From Marsupella aquatica (Eukaryota; Plantae; Marchantiophyta): a stretch of 64,000 nucleotides of DNA. Location of the stretch: NCBI GenBank assembly GCA_973895155.1, contig OZ316893.1, forward strand, positions 27,091,252 through 27,155,251. The letters are read 5' to 3'. Both the position numbers and the translations under genes were made by a program. Positions 14,576-29,039 of the stretch are shown here, piece after piece (the first letter of the stretch is position 1; each line of letters opens with the position of its first letter). The notes under the pieces are model-generated. The model saw only the letters and a list, made by a program, of their open reading frames with translations. It had not been told where the DNA came from and did not search any database.

Positions 14576-14899
14576 CCGCCCCTCAATCCTGATACACTCA
14601 ACTTCATTGCAAAGTATGTACCCCTGTCTGAGAAAGAGAATTTATAACAGAATTGTCTGAGTCAATATCTTGTCCACGTTTGTCAAGAGAGTCAAACACC
14701 AGCTCAGGCCTATCAGTGGATTCATATTGGGTACTTGGTAAATAGAGTGGGGGAGGTGGATTCAAGTCCCCACTTGAAAATTGATTAGCATGCATGATGT
14801 ATAGGGTCCCTCATTTGGAAGACGACTAAGACCACCTTGTGCTTATATGCCATGCAAAAGGAGCCACTTCTAATCAACCCACTGACGTGGCTTGATTAC

Positions 14900-17800
14900 T
14901 AGAAAAGTATAAAGTAAATGTCTGATAATTAGCTTGACACGCCTGCTTTTCCATAACAATGGAATTAACACTGGATTTTGTTTCCTTCCTCTTCTTGGAC
15001 TGGGATTCCGGACAAAGATCATACTGATAAATCCAAGCGATGCTTCGTTATCATACACAACTTCTGGAAATGCCTATGATGCTGTGAACTTGACTGTATG
15101 AAGGCTTTGTTTAATGCAAGATATAGTTGAATCTCTGTTGGGAAAATCTTGCCCCACAACACCTCATTTCTTTTTTATTTTGACAGTCATGTGTGGCCCC
15201 AGGTAGATATAAATCCTGAAGTAGAATATGCTCCAGGAGTGACACCTAAGATTGTGCTGCTTAAGTTGGTCAATAAAGAAATGTTATTGCATTGGAGATA
15301 TTGTATACTTTGGAAAAATGTTTTCAAACAGATTTGTCTACTCGTCTCCTTGTTCCTCTTCCTGGTGCATGACTAGTTCATATCTCGCATAGTGCTCCAC
15401 GTGGAGTATGTCCAACTTATACGATCTGTGAATATAGGAATTGATCATAGTCTTGACCTGGAATCCCCTCATATCCTTTTGATCCTGTGACCCCAAGAGG
15501 GAACAAACAGAACAGCAATTTGTGGAAACAAACGACACAAGTTACTAATCATGCAAGCAACATTGTGAATCAATTGGCAAGTGGTGCAATGTTGCACAGG
15601 CAATGGCAGATGTCACAAACCTACCACTTACTCAACTGGGCCTTTGTGGGGCCTGTTAACAACTTAGACTCAGGGTGCATATTTGTGAATTGTTCTGTTA
15701 ACATGATTCTGTTCCACAGGGATGTCATTTTTGATGGGTCATGCACAGTAGCTATTTCCGAGCATACCCAGTACTTAGAGTATCTCCACCGGTTAGCGGG
15801 TTTGCGTACTGTAACCCTATGTTGACCAAATCCAGTAACATGGAGCCAAACAGGCAAGCCACTGGGTTACTGGAACCAGATATTGAAATAGATTTGCTAG
15901 GCACTATAGCCCCATTGACTTCTTATTTGATTCATTACAGGGATTTCAAAATCTATTCAAGTGTAAAATTTGAGGAGAAGAGAAATGTTCAAGTAAGCAG
16001 TGGGCTTGCCCCTTAGTGAACCCCTGTTCATGTCATGCAGTAAACTAAGAGTCGCATGTGTCAGTTATGAGTTTTTAATGTATAGCATATAGAAACCTAG
16101 TAAAGGTGGAGATGCTCTTCGTATGTGAATATTTCTGACAAAAAAATGCAAGTGGTTTCTCTATAGTCATGATGCCTGACGAATACACATGAAACTTCAG
16201 AAGTTTGCTTCACAACAAGTAGTATTTTATTTACTTGGCTTCCAAGTGAGAAAGAATCTGGAGATTCCTGCTGTAGTGTTTCCTCCAAGCGAGCAAGAAT
16301 CTTGTTTTCCCCTCATATCCATTATTATTTCCCTTTGTGACCCAAAAAGTTGTTGGAAATTTAATACATGCAAAAATAATATCACGAGATATCCTGGAGT
16401 CATCTATCTTTTCAACCCCATGACTAAACCAAACCATGATTGCAATTCAAAGATCTACTGTATAAAGCCACATATGTCTTCATATTTTTGAAGCTGCTAT
16501 AATTGGTGAATCCAACTCTCAGTTTTGTCTTATTCATATTTGTGTATCATGAATTTTTATTTGAATGTACCTTAACAAGGGGCATCCTTTGTATCACATA
16601 GACTTTTAATTCATTTTTGAACCCCTTTAAATTTTTGGTATTCTATAGTGTTTTGAATTTATTTTGGCAACCCCTTTAATTTGTATAATTTGTAAACTTT
16701 GTTAAGTCCTAGAGAGAAACTAAGGGCTTCATTTTCTACTGCTTTTAAGTATACTCATGAGTGAGAGGAATGATTCTAAAAAATGTCAACACATCCTGTC
16801 TTAAGCTCCCCTTGTGGCTTTCTTTCCTAAGTTTATTGTTTTTATTGAATAAGAGTCATTAATAAGACACACTGAAATACGTGCACAACTCGTAGGATCT
16901 TTGTGTAATAAAATTGTACTTTCCATTGGTCACTATGTGCTTTTATTACATGTACTTTATTTATATTATTTGATTTCATTATGCACAACTTGCAACAACT
17001 TTGTGTAATAAAATTATACTTTCCATTGGTCACTATGTGTTTTTATTGCATGTACTTTATTTATATTATTTAATTTTATTTAATATGTATTGTAGTCTTA
17101 CTCTTTAATTTTGTCCACTTAATATCACTACAAGACAAAAAGTAAAGCATGTTCTAGGATGAGCATGCTATATGTTCAAAAGTAGATGAGTGAGCGCCCG
17201 ATAAACAAGTGTCACTAAGAGCAAACTTGTGTAAGGAGCATGTAAAATTTGATACGAATTAGGTTTCCTGCCCACAGGAAAGTAGGTGCCCTCAATCTAA
17301 AAGGGATCCCATATCAATATATCATGCTCAATGTTTTTGCCGTAATAAATGCCACAATTGATTTTTTATTCTGGGCCATTCTAAAATTTGTTTTAAAACC
17401 GATCTCTTTTCTTGTAACTTTCACAAGTATATTTGAAAACCCACAATGTTCTTGGACAAAATTTATGAGCCTTTCACTGAACCCAATTAAAAATTCTTAT
17501 ATTGATGCACTCATGATGGTCAGAATAAAATAATTGAGTGCAGGCACCCGATAATTATGTTGAAATGGGGTAGGATGTTAAAGAACGGGAATGCTGGCAA
17601 ACAGGGGACAAAGCTTAACAATGTAAAGCCAATTTCTTTCATAGTCAAACCAAACAGTGCCAACAAGCAAGGTCACCACAATGTACAGACAACATATATT
17701 TTAGCAGTCAGGCTTTAAAGAGATTGAGGCATCAAACTGGCCAGGCAAATATTCACCCCCAACAATGCTTTCAATCATTTCGTCATAAAATATCTCTCCC

Positions 17801-18800
17801 ATATGAAATAGAGTTTGAGATTAATGACTTCACAGATAGGGTTGATGATATGGGATAATATGAGGCAGGAAAACTCAGATCTGATGTGTGCCCATTATTG
17901 ATCAAATTGAAGATTTAAGAGAGGAGAAACCATGTTTGGTTTTTGTCCACAACTTCCTATTAAGTAATCATATAGGTGACAATCATCACCCTCCCCTAGA
18001 TAGGCCAGAGTCAAGGGGGAGATTATTAGACACTTACTCTTAGGTCTAGAGTAACGATTGTAGCCGTACATAGGCTAGTTGCCGTAGTCACACTGGTTAG
18101 GTTAGCCATGTTGCATACTATATACATAAGCAACTGTTTGCATTGTATGGGGAACTCAGGCTCATTGTTACAGAGCTCCACTTGAAAGATAGGGAGAGCA
18201 TTTGCTATGAACACTTGGTGTAGTCAATGGGACTAGAGTGCTATAAAGCTCTTATGTGTTCTCATGGAGATGAAACATGTATCTCTTGTTGTTAACTCCT
18301 TGTTCATCGGATGATCACATGCACATGCTGTTGTGAGTAGCATGCACATGTTGGTCAGACGTTGGTCTAACGTCTCTATCACATTGTCTAAGGCAAAAGC
18401 CAAGAGGGGCAAGAAAAACCTATAGCAAGGAAAACTAGAGAAAGCTGCTGACCACGTAGAGATAAACAGTCTCAGTTGCACCAAGCCTGACCTAAAAATG
18501 CCTCGTCTGTCCAAGATAGCCGAAACATCCGGAATATCACCAAAGGCCACACTAGTCTTAGGAGTCTTAAACAAAAGAAGACTCATTGGCATAGTATACA
18601 ATCCTAAGGAGTATGAAAGGAACACCTAGAGCAAACTCAATTATGAACTACAAGCAACAACAGCAAATGATTCCAAGAAAAGACATTAGTACCAACATGA
18701 ACACCTGCCCAACTGTTGTTGAATCAGTCTTTCAAGCGCTGCTGACGCTTAAAACTCTCTGCTTGCACCTAGTGTACTAGTGAGCTGCCCTGCCTCTTGA
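14900..18800 (-). mobile_element. Decayed L1-type LINE (ORF1 DUF4283-like, RT C-terminal and zf-RVT remnants), interrupted at ~16485-17600
   Basis: 18233-18625 VAFGDIPDVSAILDRRGIFRSGLVQLRLFISTWSAAF resembles L1 ORF1. ~15850 PVWLHVTG..YSKY resembles the RT region before YLG. ~15150 WGKIFPTEIQLYL resembles zf-RVT. Many stops; boundaries approximate. Confidence 0.5.
16485..16890 (-). repeat. Dispersed ~400-bp repeat, inverted copy of 29040-29410
   Basis: gtattctatagtgttttgaatttattttggca here versus tgccaaaataagttcaaaacactctagaatac; ctttcctaagttta versus taaacttaggaaag. Confidence 0.75.
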
Positions 18801-19559
18801 AGCCAACCCTAGGTCCCCTTATATCTCCAAGGTTCACTCCAAACCTTTCCATCCTGAATGTGCAAACACCATCTCCTGTCTGCCCTTATCGTTACCTACC
18901 TTTGAGCAGAATAATAATTAGCCTCCACCATCATCCCCTACCAGCATTTCTGCTAGTGTGCAACCCATAAACCTGTTTTGCATAAGAGTTTCTCATGATT
19001 GCTCTACTAATTTGTTGGTGGCATGCCAGAGTCTTCTAATCTGCCTTCTTTTATGCTGTGCGTGAACTAAAGTAGCTGCCAATTGGAAGAGAAACAACTG
19101 ATTTTCCCTTGATGCAAGTGATTGTTCCTTAGCTTAGAGATCACCCATGGAGTCTCATCTAAAACCACAAGTCTTGCAGATGTTTGAGGGGTGTTACCTT
19201 GACCCTACTCAAGCAAATGGATAAATTACCCAAACGATTTTATTCTCTTCTCCTACTAATGTTGTGCAAGACCTAATGAACAAGCAGATGTGGAATTGAC
19301 TCTAAGCACGATGGACACATCACAATGCTTCAGGAGCTCCTTCTTTTGCAAAATAGACCATATTCTAGAGTTCTCCAAATCAAACAGCCTCCCCTTTTGG
19401 CTAGATTAGTTCAGCCTAGTTTGGGAGATAGCAAAGGTTACTTTATCGTGTTTCTAGATTGTTTAGCCTTGATGTTTTTATACCATTTTGCCACCTCTGG
19501 TATGAGTCTTGATTTACATGATTGCATGGTTAAACTTAGCGGAGCATTGTCATATGGTA

Positions 19560-20200
19560 AGTATTCAAGCATGGCCCAATTCTAAAATTAGCCAAGCATG
19601 GACTAGTGACCAAGGTTAGCTGCTCAAATTAGTTGAGCATTGGCTGCTATGAAATGTACCTGAGCAAGGGTTAGAGAGCATGGTTCCGCTGTAGCATTAG
19701 AGCTAACCTGTGTGTGGGCAGTCTTCAAGACATCAGCCCTTAGCACTCCCTGAATTGATGGGAAAAAGTAGATCTCCCTTTTCCCACAATTTACAGCTTT
19801 TTCACAAGACCTTCCAAACAGATTTTTTGGGGGTCATTTCAAAGTACAAGACCTCAAGGGCAGGAAAGGTTGAGGCATACAATTTGTTGTGAATGTTTGA
19901 ATGCCATCCTTTAAGTCGAGGGCTGGAAAAGGAAGGGCTGCCCACATGCAAGTTGGCTCTTAGTCAAGTAAGGTCCCATTCCAAAAATATAAAAGCATTG
20001 ATTCATTGCTAGAATTAGCCAAGCATGGGTCATCACGCATATGTGCTAATTAGCGAAACATGGGTCTGCAGCTAGAACTAGCCAAGCATGGGTCTGCCGC
20101 TAAAAGTAGCTGACCAAGAGTATGGTTCTGTCAAGCTTGAGTCCGTCATTTAAATTATCCAAACATGGATCAGGTACTAAAATTAGTCAAGCATGAGTTT
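19560..20200. repeat. Degenerate ~30-bp repeats (aattagccaagcatgg) in two clusters
   Basis: Copies at 19560-19645 and 20010-20197. Confidence 0.65.
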
Positions 20201-21629
20201 TTCAACTGGAGAACTGAGTCTTGGGGCTGGGGCCTTTGTTTTTTGGCAGTTTGAAATGTATATAGAAGTGAGGTTTTCCCTATCATGTGAAGCAATCGAC
20301 TGTAGGTCGTCTTTGATGCCCCCAATCCATTTCCCTACTACAACAGCTTTTCCATTGATCAATTCTTGAAATAATTTTTGTTTGGGAACGTTAGAAACCA
20401 TTATCATTTGACCAAAAAATTAAACCTATATATCTCTTATTTTGTTTTACTTGTCAGTAAAGCATGCTTTCCCAGCAAAAGCGAGAAACTAGCCACGAAT
20501 GGGTACATGCCATGACAAAGGCCTTTAAAAGACCACCGAGTCCAATTATGCCCATCACAGAGGCCACAAAAGATGAGGGAGCGAGCCCAATTAATTAATA
20601 ACACGCAGTACAGTGGGTGGGTTTTGCATTTTGGGCGCAAAATCTGGCGGAAAGAAATCTGGCGAGGCCCAAGGGTGATGCGGAAAGCAGCAGATGGAAA
20701 GACGGGAGTTGGTGATCCCTCCACAGTGACAGGCGGGCGAATGGGCGATCCATGTGAACGCATTTACCCCGACTCCAGAATAGACAGACACTTTGCTCCG
20801 GCGTCGATTTAGCGGTCGACCCAACGACAGACTCCTCTGGATCGGTAATTACATACTGAGCTTCTGCTTCCTCGACCTTCGCCATCGCCAGATCGCCTGG
20901 AACGAGGGATCGATCGATTTTTTTAATTAATTAATGGTCGTCGTTGGCTCCAATTTCATGCGAACCGCCTTCCATCATCATCGTTGCGGTACAGTTCCGT
21001 AACTAAAAACGGGGGGGATATTTATGAGGCAGCGGGACGAGCGCAGAAGCTCGCCCTCGCCCTCGCCCTCGCCCCACCGCAGCTTTTGCCTTTTCCCAGT
21101 CTTGGCGGGAAGATGGGAAGTGGCGGAGGTGTCGCAGTTATTGCCATTCTACCGAGAGAGTTAAAGGCGGCCTCCTGCCTCCGCCCCGATGCAATTCCCA
21201 GCGTGATGTGATTGGCCGAAGCGCCCTCCTCTTGATGTTGGTTCTGAGACAGACGGCTATGGCTATGGTGGTGGTAGTAGGATTCTAGGTAGTAGCGAGT
21301 AGCGAGCGAGTGATAGCGTTCTGTTGCGGCGTTAGCGGAAAGACCTTTGTGGTACCCCTGTAAAACATCTTTCGCTGAGGAGCGACCGGAGAGGTCAGAA
21401 AAGCACTCATTGCGGAGAGCCCATCGTCCTTCTTGCCCGCCCTGCTTCATCATCTCCACACTGTACATAAACCAGACCCGCCGCGCGCCTCCGCCTCCCT
21501 TTCCTCATCTTGGAGTTTTCTGTGTTTAGGTCAAAGTTTTTGCTGCCCTCGTCCGTCACATAGCGCTTTCTACGTCGGCCTGCCCCTCCGCCCATCGCGC
21601 GGTCCTAGGTCTCTGAGCTATTTGTGAAG

Positions 21630-22520
21630 GTAAGTAAAGGACCTTTTTCGGTTGCAGGGTCTTGGTCATATCCTCGGGTCGCCCTCTGCCGTCTTGAGTT
21701 CTTTTGACACCTGATGTTTGCGTACTCGGCGTCGTTTTCCGAGTGAGTCATTATTGAGAGGTTGCATGAACAGGATGTCTTTGGTAATTTTGTTGTAGCG
21801 TTCGACTGTGAGGGAAACCAGCGTTCTTGAAGCCAAGAAGTTCAATTCCCCCCGGCTTTTATCGACATGGAGGGGGCTAGCCGCAGTTGCGAGAGAGGAA
21901 CTTGCGGGATGCTCGTTGTCTATCCCAACTGCCGTCCCGTCCGATCGTGTTAGGAAGGGAGAGAAAGCTAGACGCTTGCTAGAACCCTGCATAGAGCATT
22001 CTTGTGTGACCATCACTATCGTCACTCCAATCGTCCGGCTAGGCATTGAGGTTTGTTACTCCATCGTTTGTCGTTGTTTCACCCAGCGTTTACCTTGTTA
22101 CACTTCGTACACTCTAGTAAATGGTGTCTCGGCCCGCTGCCGTGCTTCACCACCCGGGGCTATATGTTTGTGCGCAGTTGCGTGTGTAGTTAGGTCAGTG
22201 ATGTCGGTTGGGGGCTTGGCTCGTGTGCTATTGAATTTTCTTTGGTATGCTTTCGGTTGAATAAGACTTCGACTGCATCTACTCTGTGAACGATGTGAAA
22301 TACCTGTGTTCTAAGTCGTCTAGGTTACGTGCCTTAGAAGCCAGCGATGAGAGGTCTCTGCTTGGCATCGTACTTGTTAGGCCGTTTGGCGGGTGTGCAT
22401 TCCTTGTGGAGGTTCTTTGGTGCCAATTAGCCTTGTCACGAGGAAGGGCGGCCTCTTTACCCCAGTTTAATGCTAGTGGGAATGTTATTCCTGACATCTT
22501 CCATTCTATCTGCTCTACAG
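21630..22520 (+). other. Probable 5'UTR intron of the ACR gene
   Basis: Strong donor AAG|GTAAGT at 21629/21630. Acceptor tgctctacAG ends at 22520, 7 nt before the ATG. The upstream region 21290-21629 has no ATG, as expected for a leader exon. Confidence 0.7.
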
Positions 22521-22527
22521 GCACATC

Positions 22528-24742
22528 ATGGATTCAAGTCAGCAAAGCTGGCCCTATTTCGACCCTGACTACGAAACTCTCAGTGCGAGAATCAACCCAC
22601 CCAGGTACTGCATGAACTTTTTCTCTCGTTTTGTGTAACGCATGACACTGCAACATGATACACATCACCTTGTCAAGCCTGGCTATTGGAGTGCCCTTCC
22701 GTTTGATCGACAAGAAGCAGAATCGCCGAAATGGCTTTTCTTTCATGTCCTGGCAGAGTCTTGAAATTCATGTTGGAAGTGCTCTTGTTTTTCCTCCACC
22801 CTGGCAGTATGCATGTAATGGTCATGTACTTCGTTTCTGCGAACTTGCTATTAGCTGAGCCACCTTGCTTGTGCCTTCCCTTTTTGCAGAGTGGTCGTGG
22901 ATAACACGAGCTGTGTCAACGCTACCTTGATTAAGGTGGATAGTGTCAACACGCATGGTGTCTTGCTTGAGGTGGTTCAAGTGCTGACAGATCTGAATCT
23001 CTGCATCTCGAAGGCCTACATCTCCTCCGACGGTGGCTGGTTCATGGATGGTGAGTTCTCCTCTGAAGCCTTCTCGGAGTCGTTGAAGCAGCTGTAACAT
23101 TTGTACTTTAGTAGTCCTTTTACACGCACTTATCTTTATCGCCTCACAATGCAGTTTTCCATGTGACGGATCAAAACAAGAAGAAGTTGAACGACAATTC
23201 TGTCATCGAGCACATCGAGCAGGTTCGTTATTACGATGCCTGAAATTGTGCCTTCCTCATTTCCGGACGAAAGTTTGCAGCCATCAGCGTCTGTCTCTAT
23301 TGTAGATAGGTGGTCTATCTTTGATCTGTTGTAGTTATCTATGCTTACCTGACTTGCGCTTTCGCTGTTTCTCTACAGTCACTCTGTGCACAGAGCGCCC
23401 AGCATGACTTACATCGACGCGCTGAACTGCGGTCTACTCTAGGCAGGGGAAAAATCGTTGGTGTGAAATCAGTCGCCGATAGGCGTTATACAGCCATAGA
23501 ACTCACTGGAACAGATAGGCCTGGTTTGTTGTCTGAGATCTCTGCTGTTCTGACCGAGTTAGGCTGTAATGTAAAGCACGCCGAGGTGTGGACGCACAAC
23601 TTGCGTGTGGCCTGCGTAGTTTATGTCACTGACGAGAAGACAGGAGGGACAGTGGAGGATCCCGAGGTTCAGTCACGCATTCGGAAACGGTTAGCAGTAG
23701 TGATGAACGGGGGAGACGACGAAAAGGGATCGAAGACCGAGTTTGGCGACCTCCTAACCCCTCCAGAGAGAAGGTTACACCAAATGATGTTTGCGGACAG
23801 TGACTTCGAGAAGGAGTGTATGTTGGAGGCACCCAAGATTGAAGAGCACCCGGACGATGGAAGACCGGTGATCACCATTCAGAATTGCAGTGAGAAGGGA
23901 TACTCTATCGTGAACGTTGAATCCAGTGACCGCCCCAAGCTGCTCTTCGATACAGTCTGTACCCTGACAGACATGCAATATGTGGTGTTTCACGCTACTA
24001 TTAACGTTGAGGACGGCTTTGCACATCAGGTAATTACTTGATGCTATGACACCAGGACCTACACCAGGACCTCCTGTTTCGTTTAGTTGGTTGGTCTCAC
24101 TAGGGCGGTTGCAGTGTTCTCGAATGGAGGTAATTGATTTGTGGTTTTGGGATTTTGAACAGGAGTACTACATCCGCCACATGGATGGTCGTTTTCTGGA
24201 TACAGAGGACAAGAAAATCAAAGTTATCAAGTGTTTGGAAGCAGCTATTGAACGACGAGTCTCAGACGTAAGTGGGTGGTTCTCAGGGATGGTACTCCCG
24301 GTTATGCTTGTTTATGATGGCTGCTTTCCCTCTTTGTCTCCTAAATTGACGTCGTTTATCCGATGGTCGTCTGCAGGGACTAAGGTTGGAACTATGCACC
24401 AGCGACAAAGTTGGTCTGCTCTCGGAAGTAACCAAGATGTTTAGAGAAAACGGCCTCTCTGTCACTAGAGCCGATGTGGTGACAAGAGATCAGCAGGCTG
24501 TGAATGTTTTCTACGTGACTGACGCTGCCGGGAAGCCAGTCGACAGGAGAGTGGTAGAGTCCATGCAAAATAAGATGGGTAAGGCTATCCTGAATGTGAC
24601 AGAAGTTCCTCGCCTTTCAAGGTCGCCACCAAATGAACCGGCCAAGGGATCGAAGGGCTTTTCTTTGAGCACCTTGCTTAAGCAGCAGTCTGAGAAGTTC
24701 ATCTACAGTTTGGGTAGCTTGGGCTGGGCAAGATCCTTGTGA
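22528..24742 (+). CDS. ACR: ACT domain repeat (ACR) protein, four ACT domains, ACR1/ACR3-like, 475 aa, 6 coding exons
   Basis: Exons 22528-22604, 22890-23050, 23155-23222, 23379-24029, 24163-24267, 24377-24742 (1428 nt, phase-consistent GT-AG introns). The translation [148 protein letters not shown] carries the hallmark ACR motifs. Confidence 0.95.
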
Positions 24743-27700
24743 AAACATGTAACGGATAGGGATGATGACGAACAGATAATTATGCCACAAGCTTCTTCGA
24801 AGCTTTTCGACGCTGATTGGTACATGTACTTTCTTCTGAGGGAGACCACCGAGAGAAGCTTGATGCCTGCACGATGCTATGGGACAAGGCACCTTTCATT
24901 AGAGAGTGGGTACTGTTTGGAGTTCTATGGGAGTGGAGAGTCCAGGTCTTCTTGCTAGTCAAGTTAAATACGCTCTGGTGACAGCTCGGACGGCAATGTG
25001 TACCACAACGTGCTTGTGTTCGTAGGACATGGCATACCCTTTCGCAGCAGGTGCACTAGGAAAAGTGGCATGAGTGGCTCACCGAGCATTGTTGTAATCT
25101 TCGGGAGTGTAGGATGCTGGCTTCCCCACGCGTCTGCTCGTTGTCCATGAACTGCCAATCAGCACTAGATTTCTGGGACAGTATCAGTACATGAAACTGA
25201 TAGTTCAGCAGGCGCGTGCCATTGAATTAGTAGTAGGTATCAATTGGCCGTGTCCTTGTAGGTTCAGAGAGGAGTTGATACGAGTAAACTCCTTAGGATT
25301 GTACATGTGTAATTCAAAGTTCAAAGTTTCAAAGTGCCCATCGGGCCAGATGTATTTTTAGGGTGGGTAGTGGTTCTCGTAAAGTTGGCTTATGGCCAGT
25401 AGTAGGCATGCTTTGTATATACAGTATCTGAAGTGGAACGGAGCTATTTTGCGCCCATTGTACAGAAATGGATCGGTCAATACGATTATCACCTCCTGCG
25501 GGCTTTCTTGGATATCCTATTCATATTTCAGGATTTACTCTTGTAATTGTTCAGTTTTCCAAAGTTTATCCTGATTTGTACTACTGATCGTCGATGAAAC
25601 GTCCATCGTATCGTTGCAAGCCGTCCTCTTGTATGAGCAGTTGCTGGGAACGTTTGTAAAAGTTCATTTTCTGAAAGGTCCCGATATTTGAGTCGTAATT
25701 TCGACCACGTATGATTTCTTACTTCGACGTTTCCAGCGTCTAGGTGCCCCTGGGGCAGGCCTCAGGGCCATAATATTGAATGGATGGAAATCTGATGCAC
25801 TGGTTGAAGCTATTAGTGAGCCATGTGATTTGTAATGGGCCTTTGGAGATTTTGTGCTGCCCATCGATTTCCAATAACACTTCACATTGGCAATTCCGCC
25901 TCAGAGACCCGTTCCCCCGGAAATTAAGCAAGTTGTCCCCATTAATTGCAGCATTGATTCATGTCTTGATTATGTGTTGTGGTGTGCTCATCTGGCATCG
26001 TAATATTCCTCCCGTATCAAGGCGTTCATTGTGGTCGTTTCCTGATACCGATGTATCGCTATTCTGTGTCATCGTGGTTTCCAATATGGGTTTTGGCCTC
26101 ACTGGTGAGGACAATTGTGACGTGTTTGGTCGACTGCTCATCACTGGCGATGAACATTTGGAATGTGAAGTGTAAGGAGAAAATGCTGCATGAACGCATT
26201 TTCTTGGCGTCTTGGTAGTTCGGTGTCGATGATAACAAGTTCATTCGACTTGCGGCACGTAGTTAAGGAAGATGGATTTGGTAGGACTTACAGGATTGAT
26301 TCAGAGCAAACTGAGCAGCTGCGCTTTTTCCCTCCTTGGCGAGCTGCGCGTTCATATATAGTTTCGTAGAGTTGCCTCGGAGAGTTAGTTGATAGATCAC
26401 CAAGCCCTGGAACTCATTTAGTTGGGTGTGAAGCTTCTATTGCATTTTTTGGTCTTGAACGGAAATGGGGAAAAACACTTAGTAGTTGGGCTTCTATTGC
26501 ACAGAGGATCTGACGTTTGGAAGAAGGCGCGACTTACGCACTGGGAGAAAAACGGTTTGCAGAACGTACTGGTACCTTACCTGGTGCATCACGAAAGGCC
26601 AAAACTCGTTTGTTTGGATTTGGAGCTTCTTTGCATCTCATTTTGACAAAAGTTCTTCGACTCAGAAAATATGACAAAGAAAAAAGGTTTTTAACGCCTT
26701 CAAAACCAGAACACGATAGGTTGTAAGACAAATCGTGTGTGAACAGTAGCTTCACACCTTGCCCTGACTTGAAAATCAGAACGATCCTGCTCATCCGTCA
26801 CTATTGGAGCAAATCACTGCTGCTTTGGAAAGCCTATAATCTTCTAATCGTTGGAGAAGTCTATGTATGGAATTGCTCATCATATCTTTCCACCTGTGCC
26901 CCAATTTGGCGCTTCTTGGCATATAATTTCGCATTTCCCACGAATCCCACTACTCTCCCACCATCTCTCGGACTCGACCGGACTAGTTATTAGACAGTAC
27001 CAGAGTGATTTGGTAAATTCCGTCCGTTACCTCGTTGCAGGTACTCTGCCAAATTCACTTGGGTGCTATTCGAGCAGCGTTTCCATGGTACACGGAGACC
27101 CAGCGGAGACCGCTTTTGCCTCCCCTAGAGGATTTCGTCTCCGGCCATATCTGAGTGGTCTCTCAGAATCCAAGCTCTTGGACAATACTTGCGTCGTTAG
27201 AAAGGGTGCTGTCTTTTTACGATTATTCCATTAATCAACGACGAATTGTAAACGTTGCCTACAATTTCGTGTCCAGTACTGCGCTTGAATCAATCATCTA
27301 CGAACACAACCGGAGGCTTTCCCAGGCTTTCCCAGGCTTTCCCAGTCTCTATGATCATAATTGTCGGGCTGGTGACTGAGCATCATTCTGGACTATGGAA
27401 CCTGCCCGGTCCAGGGTGCCCACACCTGCAAGGTCGTGAGAGGGCTTGCATCTCCGGATGTTGCCAAGTACCCAAACTGCCCCAACTCATCAATGTCATG
27501 AAAAATGCCACCTGATGATCTTCTAGACCTTGGCAGAATTTTGGCAGATTGGGAGGTTTGATGTAACGCCAAGCTCAGCATAAAGTATTTTGACGCTTGT
27601 CCGGTAGGCTGCAGTTCGGTGAGAGAGTCAAACCGTGGAAGTAAACTAAAAACTACTGATCCACGATCGGTGTCAAGCAATTACTTTCAGTATGATGACA

Positions 27701-29039
27701 TGGTGTCCTCGCGAATCAGGAAATCCTGTGCCACACCGGGGACAGTTCACTGCGTTGTGACAGAGCCTTCCCGAACGAAATAAAGATCTCGTGATCTTTG
27801 CCGGGCCGGAGAAAAGGAGTTCGTCCATAATAATCAGTATCTGCAGGATTGGGTTTCGGCCCCGAGATAAGCCTGTGCCTAATACGCCATTCTCATATGT
27901 CTACCGCGGATGGTAGCTCTACAGACATCCACGGTAGCAAGTAGATAGAGATGAAGATAATACGCCCTTGGATTCCGTAGCTCCTCAGATCCGATCTTTG
28001 ATAATAATATACAGTAGGTACGTCGATCGATCTTGGGGCAATCGCGAAACTCCTCCAGAATGATATCTTCGAGAGCAACCTCGATAAGAAGATATGAATA
28101 GACTGATATATTATCTTTCTTTGATTGGAGATGCGTTTTTCTTGCGCCTCAATTTATAATGAAATTACACAGCCAGTTTGGAAAACAGTGGTTCACCTTG
28201 ACTTTGAGAATCTCTACTATCTTTGTATGAGAAACTTATTTTATGGGGGAGTGTTAAAAACAGCCCCCTGAGTTTTGTTAGTTTCATAGGAAATCAATAG
28301 AACCACCCCACTATGACTGGGTGTTGGATTCCAGCAGCCAATCCATACGTTGCATAAAGAATTGATGGGGCCCAAAAATTAAACGCTTTGCAAGCCACCA
28401 TCAAAGATCTACAAGGAAAGTAAATCTACAAGGAAATACAAATGGTGGCTTTACAAAACTTGGGGGAACTTAAAAAAAATTAAAAATTATTTAAGGAAAA
28501 ATTCCTTAAGTAAAAAGTCCCATTACAGGGATTAAACTACAGGCATGCAAAGCTAAAATTGCCCCTTTGGTTTTGTCAAGGTACACAACACTGTAGGGAC
28601 TTCACCTGGGTTTTTAACTTGTAGCCTTTTTACCCTAATACCAAATTTTCAGTCTGTAATTGTGGATAACCCTTTCTACTCCATGCTCCTATTCTCATAC
28701 TCTTATGCCCCTAAGTTTAATTATAGATAACCATTTCTACTTCATGCTACTATAATTTTGTGTCCATATTTAATTGTGGATAACTATTTCTACTCCATGT
28801 TGCTTGTGTCATAATATGTGCCCCTAAATTTAAAATCCGACAGCCTTTAATCTTGTTCCAGACAATAGCCCTGGCTTCCAGAATATAGCATACTCATCCT
28901 GGAACATGCTTTATTTTTTGTCTTGTAGTGATATGAAAGTAAATAAAATATGAGAGCATAGAAGTGCTGTTATATAAATAAAGTGTCTGCCAAGGAAAGC
29001 ACAGTGACCAAGAAAAGGTACAGTCAAACTATGCTAAGA

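Noticed and set aside
21666-22615. ORFs of 109-150 aa
   Set aside because: They lie within the ACR leader intron or overlap its first exon out of frame, with no motifs.
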